A stretch of DNA of 64,000 bases from Synechococcus sp. (GCA_047285805.1 JBJBCN010000002.1:1216001-1280000), one strand, 5' to 3'; numbered from the stretch's first letter, positions 43,465-53,256 are shown. Program-made: numbers and translations. The notes: generated from the letters alone by a model not told the origin.

Positions 43465-44658
43465 CTACAGCTCACGTAAGACTTCCGCGCATGTCCATCG
43501 CAGTGGCTCCCACGTGGATTTTAAAAGTAGTTGTTCAATATCACTACGACATTCCATTAGACCTAGAGTTAAACATCCCCAAGTCGCAGCTATTTTTGAT
43601 TTTGCATACTGCGGAGCTGGCTCCAATAATGATTCCTTTATTATGAAAGATAGTTCTTTTAAGCCGAGTTGAGACACCAAGCAATTTACCTGATAGTGAA
43701 TACCATAATCAGAGCCATGATTTTCCCAAATAGACTTGATTGCATCAGTAACAGTTGAAGCCGGCCAACTCAATAAGGTCTTTGCAGCAAAGTACTGGCG
43801 CTCTTCATCTCTATGCTTGAGGAGATCGCAAACTTTTTCTAAATCAAGTGATGCATCATATGTCTGCATAAAACATAGATTCCGAGAATCGTCCCGCAAA
43901 ATTTGATTGATTAATATTCTTTGGGATTTAGTTTTAATTTTAGGAGTAATCTTGAACGCACTTTTAGCTCTCAACGGCATTGACACCGCTGCTTTCGAAA
44001 GACTTGACAACAGAGAAGGATCTCCAGCATCACCAATATCAATGACGGACGAACGTCTATTTATGACATTCAAATCTTTGAGATGATTTTGAAGGATATG
44101 CAATTTATCCTGGCAGTCTTCAACCCTTATTGAATAAGCTATTGATGCGCCATTAACCAAAATATTTGGATTGCTCTCTTGCTCGTGAATGATGCCAGTA
44201 CACTCATGCAACTCCAAACGAGTGAAGCATTGAATGGCGACACGCTTGAGTGCATCGGAGCCATTTTGAATAATGTTCAAAAGAGATGATTTAAACTGAG
44301 CGTCAAGTGGTATACCAAATTTAATTAGCGTGTCCACAGAATTAACAATCGTCTGCTCGTCACTACTATGCATAGCTTCATAAATGGTTGGCAGAGTACT
44401 AAGGTCGCGACGACGCCCTAGCGCTTCAATAGATTTACGACGTGTAATGGAATCGTAGATATTATTTCTATCCCCGGTAGCCGCTACAACTAATGCATCC
44501 AGAGAATCTCGTGAAGAACAAGCTCCCAACCGTGTTGCAGCTATATATTTGATGCCAGGATTATCAAGAGTATTAATGTTTTGTGAAAGCATCTCAATTG
44601 CTTGCTGTTCACTCATCCATGAGAAAAGATTATCAAATCGTTGTGAACTTGGCACCAT
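43465..44658 (-). CDS. mpeW: E/F-clan HEAT-repeat phycoerythrin-II bilin lyase, MpeW-like
   Basis: 397 aa with RFDNLF, Y318-G319 and K353. Gly319 is the non-isomerase signature (recalled from MpeQ/MpeW work). Convergent with fciB. Confidence 0.72.
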   Translation of the reverse strand: MVPSSQRFDNLFSWMSEQQAIEMLSQNINTLDNPGIKYIAATRLGACSSRDSLDALVVAATGDRNNIYDSITRRKSIEALGRRRDLSTLPTIYEAMHSSDEQTIVNSVDTLIKFGIPLDAQFKSSLLNIIQNGSDALKRVAIQCFTRLELHECTGIIHEQESNPNILVNGASIAYSIRVEDCQDKLHILQNHLKDLNVINRRSSVIDIGDAGDPSLLSSLSKAAVSMPLRAKSAFKITPKIKTKSQRILINQILRDDSRNLCFMQTYDASLDLEKVCDLLKHRDEERQYFAAKTLLSWPASTVTDAIKSIWENHGSDYGIHYQVNCLVSQLGLKELSFIIKESLLEPAPQYAKSKIAATWGCLTLGLMECRSDIEQLLLKSTWEPLRWTCAEVLREL

Positions 44659-44961
44659 GCAACATGCGTATATTCAATATTTAACAGAAAAATCAATTGA
44701 CAAGTCCAATCTGGTAAGAAGTGACCCGCGCGACGGGCAGATTGATAATTAGCGGACATAGACTTTAAGAAGAATAAACCAACATATTCGGCAAGCACAG
44801 CGGGAGCAAGTTGCCTCCGTATTCAAATCACTGTGCAACTAGTAATCGTATAACTAGATACGGCTGAACTATTTATCAAGGACAAGACCTTTTACGAAAA
44901 AGCTACATTTGACATTAAGATTGCTAACAGGGTGCTGAGCTGTCGATAGGCAAAAACAACC

Positions 44962-44999
44962 CTGATAAGAAATGGACACTTGCTGATAAGATGTGGATA
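44962..44999 (+). promoter_or_regulatory. Tandem 17-bp direct repeats (21-bp period) upstream of unk10
   Basis: ctgataagaaatggaca and ctgataagatgtggata. Confidence 0.65.
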
Positions 45000-45014
45000 T
45001 TCCGCTGATGCATC

Positions 45015-45359
45015 ATGTCGCGCGCTGAGTTTATCCGCTTTCTTCAGGTTCTAGAAGAAGACTTGTCATTCAGATCTCTTTTCAAAGAAGCTGAGCCCGA
45101 GGAGATCCTGAAGCTCGCTGATCAACATGGATTTATCTTTTCCGATGAAATAAAAGGGCGTTTTCTTAATCGATGGGCAGGGGTTTACTTCTGCCCATTT
45201 GCCAATGATGTTGGGAGGCTATGCCCCAAGATGGTGCCCGAAGGATTTAGCACTCTCCTCCACTATTCACAGACGACATGCGCAAAAGACGACAAAGTAG
45301 AACGTTTTGAATTCCGGGCTGGAGGCTATTACAAAGGAGTAGAAACTGTAGCTCGATGA
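45015..45359 (+). CDS. unk10: Nif11-like protein Unk10 of the CA4 island
   Basis: Nif11-type N-terminus MSRAEFIRFL...LADQHGFIFSDE; position in the island. Confidence 0.75.
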   Translation: MSRAEFIRFLQVLEEDLSFRSLFKEAEPEEILKLADQHGFIFSDEIKGRFLNRWAGVYFCPFANDVGRLCPKMVPEGFSTLLHYSQTTCAKDDKVERFEFRAGGYYKGVETVAR

Positions 45360-45368
45360 AGGAAACAA

Positions 45369-45548
45369 ATGAAATCAAGAAGCATCTGCTTATCCATCAG
45401 CAAACGCAACCAAGACATGGTGGATGTAATCGACGAATATGCGGACATGCTTGGTATGTCAAAGGCATGTGCCGTGTTCCACATCATCAAGGACTACAAC
45501 CGACTCAAACTCAAAGAACGCATCAGAGAACTGGAAGGTGTCTCATGA
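45369..45548 (+). CDS. Small ribbon-helix-helix protein (59 aa, missed by the ORF track)
   Basis: MKSRSICLSISKRNQDMVDVIDEYADMLGMSKACAVFHIIKDYNRLKLKERIRELEGVS. Confidence 0.7.
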   Translation: MKSRSICLSISKRNQDMVDVIDEYADMLGMSKACAVFHIIKDYNRLKLKERIRELEGVS

Positions 45549-45977
45549 GGCAGTTTCCTTGTTACTTGCAGAGGCAATGACAGAAGTATTCTCGGCAATC
45601 TTAATAATGGCAATCATGGACTCAAGAATAAACCGAGACACAAGCACAACTGCAATTGGAATAAAGATAAGACCAAGAACGCCTAGGAGTTCGGAATATC
45701 CAGAATATGGTTGAGCAATAATCAAAGCAAAAGGAAAACAAATCACCCCCATCACCACAAGGGAGACAGCAAACATTATTAAAAGGAAATAAATTGCGCT
45801 GACAAACTTCCTTAGAACAAAGAAGTTAAATCTAATATCAGTAAATAGTATCAAGAAAAGACCCTTAAATCCAGAGGGAATCGATACAGGAGAAGGACGC
45901 TTATAGGATGCGATTGTGGTCCAAATGGCAACCACAATTCCAACTATACAAGCAATGATTGCAATGCCTTCACTCAC
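45543..45977 (-). CDS. DUF4282-like membrane protein
   Basis: TM helices and ...RFILESMIAIIKIAENT. Confidence 0.7.
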   Translation of the reverse strand: MSEGIAIIACIVGIVVAIWTTIASYKRPSPVSIPSGFKGLFLILFTDIRFNFFVLRKFVSAIYFLLIMFAVSLVVMGVICFPFALIIAQPYSGYSELLGVLGLIFIPIAVVLVSRFILESMIAIIKIAENTSVIASASNKETAS

Positions 45978-46148
45978 AGTTAGTGAATCAAACTCTCTAG
46001 GAACCTAGGAACAAGACTGCTAGGGGGAAAAATACTACAGATTCTTGTAACAAGCAGATTAAGAAATCAATACTAAATCCTAATGAATGAATTTTTTAAT
46101 TCAAACGAAAGCACCAAGAACTCTTATATATCCGTGAAATTAAACCAT

Positions 46149-46481
46149 TTAAGGTGACGATGACCTAGCATACTTAACAAATACGATAAAGCGCAAACCA
46201 GTAATTAGAGCAGACCTTACTTTACTACTATCTAATCTCTTAATAGTGACCATAGAAGACAGAAAGAGTGCTACTAAAGATATTGAAGCGCAAACTCTAT
46301 TCGTTAAGAGGAATGGTTCTCCTTGAATCGCCGCCGAAACAGATTGAAAAGGAACCCCCCACACCAAAAAGTGAGTCACTAGCATCAATAATGGACATAA
46401 AGTCAAAAGGATTAAAGAAAAGTTTTGCATTTTAGTCGTCAAATCTTCCATAATTTTAGAAAATAGCACTTCGCATGTCAA
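46149..46481 (-). CDS. Small membrane protein, paralog of 46590..46937
   Basis: VALFLSSMVTIKRLDSSKVRSAL. Confidence 0.55.
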   Translation of the reverse strand: MTCEVLFSKIMEDLTTKMQNFSLILLTLCPLLMLVTHFLVWGVPFQSVSAAIQGEPFLLTNRVCASISLVALFLSSMVTIKRLDSSKVRSALITGLRFIVFVKYARSSSP

Positions 46482-46589
46482 GTCTATTAATTAGGTGAAA
46501 TTAGTATTCCAAAAAACGCATCAATAGTCCGAATAATTCCTGAGTTCAAATCCAATACAAAACAAGAGAAATCAAGATAATAAAGAGAT

Positions 46590-46937
46590 TTACCAATTCG
46601 CTAACGGATTAGAACTCACCTTCAAATAAAAGACAAAGTTTGCAGCACAATAAGCAGTTAGTAGAGCGGACCTTATCTTTTCACTATCCAATCTATTGAC
46701 AGTTACTATAGAAGACAATACAAGTGCCACAAAAGACATCAAGGTGATGATATAATTTGACAAGTTCATTAGTTCGATTACTTTATTGGCAACAAAAGAA
46801 TCAGGATAATGGATAATTGCGCTCCATATCACATTGTAAGAAAGTATCGTGAAAAGCACTTGAGCAATCAAAATCGCAAGCGCGCAATTTTGCATTTTCT
46901 TGCCATGATTAAGGAAATCGTACCAAATGAAATTCAC
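46590..46937 (-). CDS. Small membrane protein
   Basis: VALVLSSIVTVNRLDSEKIRSAL. Confidence 0.6.
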   Translation of the reverse strand: MNFIWYDFLNHGKKMQNCALAILIAQVLFTILSYNVIWSAIIHYPDSFVANKVIELMNLSNYIITLMSFVALVLSSIVTVNRLDSEKIRSALLTAYCAANFVFYLKVSSNPLANW

Positions 46938-47006
46938 GTGTCAATGCTTGCCGTTCTTGTTTAAATAAACGCAGGCACAAACAAACTAAAATATTGGGGG
47001 TGCAAT

Positions 47007-47144
47007 ATGAACGGGATATTTGATTCAGTAGAGATGAAGATGCTGGAAGAACTTTCTAAGAGAGGTGCTGTTGTCGGAAAGAAGTATTCCGATAAAAAGA
47101 AGTATCTGAAAGAACTGGTCCGTCGTCTTTACCTGAACCTCTGA
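47007..47144 (+). CDS. Small basic hypothetical protein (45 aa)
   Basis: MNGIFDSVEMKMLEELSKRGAVVGKKYSDKKKYLKELVRRLYLNL. Confidence 0.4.
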   Translation: MNGIFDSVEMKMLEELSKRGAVVGKKYSDKKKYLKELVRRLYLNL

Positions 47145-47405
47145 TTCGTTCGTGAATCACCAGTTGGTTATACGAAAATCGGTTTTTATATGAGACCCAA
47201 AGTCCAATCTATATGCGGCACCTTTCGGTCAAGCAATATCAAAATCAACTTTCCGATTACAGGTCTCAAAAAAAATCCCCGCAGGAAAACTGGTTCCTGT
47301 GGGGTCGAATACATAGAAGATGAGGGTCGAACAACGGACAACCCTTACCTTCTCAGTGAATAACAGCAGGAGTTGCTGCCCTGCTGTTTTTTTTTGGGTC
47401 AGAAC

Positions 47406-48026
47406 TCAACCGAAACCCACACCAGAGGTTTCTGTGGTCTCCTCTTCTTGCTGTCCAAAACGGAAAGCATTTAGTTCGTCCTTGCGTCGTCTCCAACCAT
47501 GTAGGAGAGCAACTCGTTCATTCGGATAGTGCTCCAGTGATTTCTCACGGGTCTGAAGTTCGAGAAGACACTTTTCCTTTGACTGCTTCCGAAGTTCGTC
47601 CTTGCGTTGTTGGACTCGGACTTTCCACTCGTCAGTGGTTTCATCTCCCTTCTTCGTGAGGGAGGGAGCAGGAGACGGACCACCTTCCTCTCCTAACCAT
47701 TCATACCCGTCATAACGATGACCAAACTGCTTAGCAGCAAGTGTGATTGTGTCGTCTTCCCACTGCTGGGTTTCTTCGTTCCAGACCTGATAAAGTTCTT
47801 CCAACTTTTTCATAGGTGTAATACGAAGACGACTGAATATAGGAACACACTTCTCTTGGTCTTCGTCGTAAATAAACGGAAGGTGATAAGCAATAAAGTC
47901 CTGAATCTCCTCTAAGGTCATATATGGAGAACGAACCCAACGAATATCCATATGGTCGGAGTAGTCAAGGAAGTAATACTCCTTGTTGGGGTCAAAGGTT
48001 GTTTCACCAGAAATAAGTTGAGACAT
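47406..48026 (-). CDS. Hypothetical element protein
   Basis: 206-aa ORF with a clear AGGAGG RBS, downstream of alpA. Confidence 0.75.
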   Translation of the reverse strand: MSQLISGETTFDPNKEYYFLDYSDHMDIRWVRSPYMTLEEIQDFIAYHLPFIYDEDQEKCVPIFSRLRITPMKKLEELYQVWNEETQQWEDDTITLAAKQFGHRYDGYEWLGEEGGPSPAPSLTKKGDETTDEWKVRVQQRKDELRKQSKEKCLLELQTREKSLEHYPNERVALLHGWRRRKDELNAFRFGQQEEETTETSGVGFG

Positions 48027-48119
48027 AAGGATTCCTCCTATAAAGTGAATGAAAATATGTTTGTTCTCGGTGTTCTCTCACCGATAGGGTTTTGAGTCAG
48101 TTTATTGACTATCGATTAC

Positions 48120-48311
48120 TCAACCAAGAGCAGCACATACCTTTTGAGCACACCAATCTTCGACCTGGGACTTCACCCAGACGACAGAACGAGCGCCCAA
48201 AGGAACTTGCTTTGGAAAATCTCCCTGCTCCATTAGTCGGTAAATGGAGGATTTAGAGAGACAAGTAATTTCTTTGACATGTTTCAGTCGCAGAAAATGT
48301 GAATGGACCAT
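48120..48311 (-). CDS. alpA: AlpA-family regulator/excisionase
   Basis: FLRLKHVKEITCLSKSSIY...FPKQVPLGARSVVW. Confidence 0.92.
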   Translation of the reverse strand: MVHSHFLRLKHVKEITCLSKSSIYRLMEQGDFPKQVPLGARSVVWVKSQVEDWCAQKVCAALG

Positions 48312-48580
48312 GTGTTTGCGTGTTTCATAAGGTTTATTGATTACAACAATCTCGGAGTTAGATTAGTCAGGTAGGGGGCGTCTGACTTAGAAGACCCTTA
48401 TCGGGTTAGTGATTATTTGATTTTGAGGCAGTCGGTCGGTTTGCTCTGTTCGTTTATCTTGACTACTATAACCCTGGGGACTCGACCCGTCGGTTCCCAG
48501 TGGACACTTTGAGCAACTAACCTTCCATTCATACCAGAAGGTCTCACGAAGTCCTACTAACTCAAATACACCTCAAATCG

Positions 48581-49876
48581 TCAGACCTTCATGCCCTGAG
48601 CAAGCAAGGCATCACACCAAGCAACCATGAACAATCTTCGTTCTTTTAGGAAGTCATGTCGGTCATATATGCCCTGAATCCGGTCCTTCACCTTCCATCC
48701 TTGTTGGAGTCGAATGACCTTCTCATCGAATCCCAGTTCCTTCTGCCCATAGGTCAGAACACAAGTCCGAACTCCATGCCCCACGAAGTCCCCCTTGTAT
48801 CCGAGGTCGATGAAGTGGTTGTTGATGGATGACGGGTTGATGTGCCTGGACTGAGTGCGAGGAGAGGCAAAGACGAACTCGGTTCCTCCATTCACCTTCT
48901 CCATCTCCCAGAGCAGGTCCTTGATGGGTTGAGTCAGAGGCACCAGGTGGTTCTTCTCTCCGTCATCCCAGGTCTTCATACGGGTCGCAGGAACCTTCCA
49001 GAGTTCCTCTTCCATATCAACCTCCTCCCACTTCATCCCTGAAATCGCACCTACCCGCAGACCAGTCATGAAGGTCAGCAAGCAAGCACCACGGGTTGAG
49101 AACTGACCATTCGGTTCGTTGCGGTCGAACACCTCAAAGAACTCAGGGAGTTGTTCCCAGAAGGGGAACGGATGGTGCTGGACCTGATGGGTCTTCTTGT
49201 CCTTGGGACTGAACACCGAACGCATCAACGGGTTCTGTCCGTCCCTTATCCATCCCTTATTGACCGCATTCTCAAAGACCCCTTTCAGGACCATCTGCTG
49301 TTTGCTTGCTGAGGAGGGTGCCTTCTTCCTGACTCTCCCCAGGTATTCGGTCATTAGTTCCCGAGTGGTCTTCCCACCTGGGTGCCTGTATTCCCAGGAG
49401 AAGTGCTCCACGGGTGTCTTCGCACCGAACTCAGGCAGAACCTGATTCCAGAGGAGGTTCCTGTATTCCCTCTTCCCCCTCTCGTTTGCCGAGGTCCAGT
49501 CAGAGAGAAAGGACTCACATGCCTGTTCCAGGGTTGGAGAGGTCGTCTTCTGAACCAGGAGTGCCTGCTGCTCTCTCTTTCTCTCCCTGGGGTCTTTGCC
49601 GTTCTCTCTGCTCCATGTCCTGATTGCGGACCATTCCTCCTTTGCCTCTCTCAGAGACCACTTCCCAGTTCCCTTCCCATAAGGACCTATTCGGACCTCA
49701 ATCCACTTCCCTCCGTTGCTGGGACTACGGGGAGGGAACCGAGTGATGCCGATAAAGGACTTCCCACCCCCCTTGCTGATTGGTTCGACGACCACATACA
49801 ACGAATCACCGCAACTCTTCTTCTGTCGTTTAGTCCCAGGGGGTAGAGCACGGACTTGGGAGTCAGTAAGAGGCAT
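48581..49876 (-). CDS. P4-like tyrosine integrase, intact
   Basis: MPLTDSQVR arm-binding N-terminus, TGLRVG, RMK, HGVR and GIYD. Confidence 0.93.
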   Translation of the reverse strand: MPLTDSQVRALPPGTKRQKKSCGDSLYVVVEPISKGGGKSFIGITRFPPRSPSNGGKWIEVRIGPYGKGTGKWSLREAKEEWSAIRTWSRENGKDPRERKREQQALLVQKTTSPTLEQACESFLSDWTSANERGKREYRNLLWNQVLPEFGAKTPVEHFSWEYRHPGGKTTRELMTEYLGRVRKKAPSSASKQQMVLKGVFENAVNKGWIRDGQNPLMRSVFSPKDKKTHQVQHHPFPFWEQLPEFFEVFDRNEPNGQFSTRGACLLTFMTGLRVGAISGMKWEEVDMEEELWKVPATRMKTWDDGEKNHLVPLTQPIKDLLWEMEKVNGGTEFVFASPRTQSRHINPSSINNHFIDLGYKGDFVGHGVRTCVLTYGQKELGFDEKVIRLQQGWKVKDRIQGIYDRHDFLKERRLFMVAWCDALLAQGMKV

Positions 49877-49885
49877 TTCAGGATT

Positions 49886-49946
49886 CCCCCAACACGGATA
49901 TTTTCCCCCAACACACCCCCTTTATCCCCCAACATTTCCCCCAACA
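49886..49946. repeat. Four cccccaaca repeats (integrase arm-type sites)
   Basis: The repeats lie between the integrase start and the tRNA att site. Confidence 0.6.
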
Positions 49947-50061
49947 CTTTTTCGGAAAACCCTGGTGTCTCATGGGACGAACCAGGACCATGAACCACTA
50001 AGAAAGTCCCTCACCGCAACGGGTTTGGGACATTCAGAGACCTTTCAGGACTTTTTCAGAA

Positions 50062-50146
50062 CGGAGAGGGTGGGATTCGAACCCACGGAAGGTTGCCCTT
50101 CAAACGATTTCGAGTCGTTCGCTTTCGACCACTCAGCCACCTCTCC
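50062..50146 (-). tRNA. tRNA-Ser(CGA)
   Basis: Cloverleaf with aacga-ctCGAaa-tcgtt and a long variable arm. Confidence 0.97.
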
Positions 50147-50182
50147 AGGCGACCCGGCCAGTGTACGGATCAAGCCGCCAGC

Positions 50183-51505
50183 TCAGCTCTGGTGCCATCC
50201 GCTGGTGGAACCGGCAGTGGGCCACCAGACTTGGCACTCGCGCAAGACCCGGACCTCTCGGACGCTGGGAACAAACCCCAACCAGACCGCATCACCGCCA
50301 CAGCCACAGCCAACTCCACCAGACCTGCCGATCGGGCAGCACCCACCAACGCTGCCGCCCTGCCCGCAGCGATAGGCCTCGGCTATCGGGGCTAAGGCGA
50401 CGCACGGCCAGCCCCGGGCTCTGCAGCTGCTGCCTCGGCAAGAAGTGGTCGACCGTCGTGTGGGCCAGGCCCGCCCAGAAGGGGTTGGCCTCCTGCGGCA
50501 ACGGATCGAGCAACAACAGCCAATCGAAGCGGGGCACCCCCAGCCCCTGGGCCAATTGCGCGGCACGGCCTCAACTGCTCGCGTCCGCCTTCAGGCTTAC
50601 CAGAGCCGCCCGAACCTGGAGACGGAGGACCAGCCATTGGCGCGGAATCTGGCGCACCAACAGCAATTGATCCCGGCTCTGCTCCCAGCGGCGCAATCCC
50701 ACCGCCAGAGCCAGAAGCCGCCAGCCCCAGCAGCGGGGTAGCCAGCATTGCAGGCGCTCCTCCGGGGGCCGGCCGAGAGAATCAAGCCACCCGTGGCGGC
50801 CCGCTCAGCTGAAAGCCCACATCCAACAGCCAGCGGGGGCGCAGCAGCAGCAGGAGCACCTCCAGGGGAAGGGAGCGGCGGCCGCGCTCTTTAAGAACGA
50901 ACGCCAGGGCACTCATCAAGAGGGCGCAGACCATCGACGCCTGGGCGCCCGCTAAAAAGTCCAATCAGCCCCATCGCACCGAAGGCGGAAAGCCAGCGGA
51001 TGAGCGCTGGAGCGCGGCGACTCAGCAGCAGCACAACGCCCAGCAGCACGCTCAAGTGAAAGCCGCTAGCGGCCAGGGCATGGGAGAGGCTCGCCGCCCG
51101 AAAGACACCTCGAAGCGAGGCAGGCAACGGCACCATCGCCTGCCCCAAGACCAGCGCGGCCAGCAGTCCCACAGGTTCCTTCCCACCGGCCCTGCTACAG
51201 CTCCGAGCGGTCGCGGAAGCGCAGGTGCACCCGTCCCTGGGGCACATCGGCCAGGGCCTGATAAGCCGTGCCGATCGCTCGCGGATCGTGCAGCAGCCGG
51301 GCTTCCAGCTGAACGAGCTACGTCTGCTGGTGAGGGGGAATCCGGTGAACCGGATCAGCCGCTTGCCGGGTGGGGCTGGCTGGGACGGCCCCACCCGGCA
51401 AGCAGCAGCACGGCCAGCAGCCGGGGGAGGCGCCGTCGAGGGGGGGTAGGACTCTAGGAACAGGACCACTAAGGCCCCACCAAGAGCAGCAACGGAAAAC
51501 CTCAC
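50183..51505 (-). pseudogene. comEC: Competence protein ComEC, fragmented
   Basis: GLLAALVLG...FRAASLSHALAASGFHL is present, but the pieces fall in different frames and total only ~1.3 kb. Confidence 0.8.
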
Positions 51506-51535
51506 CCAATCCGGCTGGAGTGAGCGTTCCCTTCG

Positions 51536-52423
51536 TTATGCCTCGACCGCCGCCTCTTTCTTGAGCAGCGGGAAGCCCAGGGCTTCGCGCTCCTCAAGCC
51601 AGGCCTCAGCGACTTGCCGGGCGAGGTACCGGATCCGGCCGATCGTCGCGGTGCGCTCCGTCACAGAAATCACCCCACGGGCCTCCAGCAGGTTGAAGGT
51701 GTGGCTGCACTTCAGGACAAAGTCCAGAGCCGGTGCGGGCAGCTTCTTCGCCACTAGGTCCGCGGCCTCTGACTCATAGATCGCGAACAGCTGCTTGAGG
51801 CGCTCCGGGTTGGAGGCCTCGAAGTTGTAGGTGCACTGACCCTTCTCAAACGGCAACCAGATGTCGCCGTAGGAGCGGTTACCGTCCCAGGAGAGATCCC
51901 AGATACTCTCGACGTCCTGGAGGTACATCGCCAGACGCTCCAGGCCATAGGTGATCTCGATCGAGACCGGCCTGCAATCGATGCCGCCGCACTGCTGGAA
52001 GTAGGTGAACTGGGTCACCTCCATGCCATCGAGCCAGACTTCCCAGCCCACACCCCAGGCGCCGAGGGTCGGGGACTCCCAGTTGTCCTCGACGAAGCGA
52101 ATGTCGTGGTCCTTAGCGCGAATGCCCAGGGCTTCCAGCGAAGCCAGATAGGTCTCTTGAATCGCATCCGGACTGGGCTTGACCAGCACCTGGTACTGGA
52201 AATAGTGCTGAGCCCGGTTCGGGTTATCGCCATAGCGGCCATCGGTGGGCCGGCGGCAAGGCTCCGGGTAGGCCACCGCCCAGGGCTCCGGCCCGATGGC
52301 CCGCAGCACCGTATGGGGGCTCATCGTCCCGGCACCCTTCTCCGTGTCGTAGGGCTGAAGGATCAGACAACCCCGCTCAGCCCAAAAGCGGTTTAGGGTC
52401 TGGATGATGTCCTGGAAATGCAC
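51536..52423 (-). CDS. glyQ: Glycine--tRNA ligase alpha subunit
   Basis: (M)[19 protein letters not shown] and [10 protein letters not shown]. Confidence 0.98.
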   Translation of the reverse strand: MHFQDIIQTLNRFWAERGCLILQPYDTEKGAGTMSPHTVLRAIGPEPWAVAYPEPCRRPTDGRYGDNPNRAQHYFQYQVLVKPSPDAIQETYLASLEALGIRAKDHDIRFVEDNWESPTLGAWGVGWEVWLDGMEVTQFTYFQQCGGIDCRPVSIEITYGLERLAMYLQDVESIWDLSWDGNRSYGDIWLPFEKGQCTYNFEASNPERLKQLFAIYESEAADLVAKKLPAPALDFVLKCSHTFNLLEARGVISVTERTATIGRIRYLARQVAEAWLEEREALGFPLLKKEAAVEA

Positions 52424-53256
52424 TGTTGTTGCCGGACCTGGGTTTACTGGGGTCTCGAAAGCTAGAGCAGGTTGGAATGGGTAGTTCACAAGTCGTGACC
52501 CAACTCGCTCAAAGGACTTTCAACCCAACCGAGTTGGGTAGAGGTTGGGTCGATTCTCGCTAATCGCCGACCAACCCAACTATCTGGGAGGAAGGCGGAG
52601 ACACAAAGGCAGACCCCCGTGCAGCCAAGCGAAGGCAAAACGCGGACATCAAGCGCTCCCGAAAGGGTCCTGAAGGCACGCTGGGCGCTTCACCTCAAGC
52701 AGTCCAGAAGAGCGCCCATGGGGGTTTGTCGCCCATGCACATAGCTAATACTGCTTCAGAAACTGGGGCCGGAAACCCTCTGAAGCTGAGGCTTTTCCAA
52801 TTCACAGCAATGGTCGAGAGTCAGCAAAGATTTCGTAGGTCGGTCGAATAGAGCGACTGACCTTCTCTGAGGGCTCTTGAGTTATTTCAAGACTCAGCTT
52901 AGTCGTTGCAAGCTCAACCTCTATAGCCAATTGCCCCAACCGAGCACACAGGAGTTTTTGAGTTCGTGATGATATGTTTGACATGGATATCGTGCAATTG
53001 GCGTAAAGCCATAAATATGGTTTGACGATTGCGCAAAGACTTTACCTATCCAAACATAAGCATATGGTTAGGTGAAGCATTTGCTTGGCTCAGCCTGATT
53101 GGCGGGGGGTTGTGTGGTCCTCTTCTGGGTATGGGCCTCCAGATAAAATAAATCCAACGTGCCAGAGCTAGCAAATCCCATACGTGTATGGAACAAGGCG
53201 AGCAGACGCCACAGCTCAACTCTGTCAAGATTGGAGAGGAAATGCTTCTTGGCTCA

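Larger units (their letters stand above)
39609..50072. mobile_element. Element integrated at tRNA-Ser(CGA) (tycheposon/PICI-like) carrying a CA4 island
   Basis: 13-bp direct repeat aacggagagggtg (tRNA 3' end) at 39609-39621 and 50060-50072, integrase next to the tRNA, two AlpA genes and AT-rich cargo. Confidence 0.88.

Noticed and set aside
43465..44658. Calling the lyase mpeZ (CA4-A) because an RHH gene is nearby
   Set aside because: Gly319 and Gln323 argue for a non-isomerising MpeW-type enzyme.
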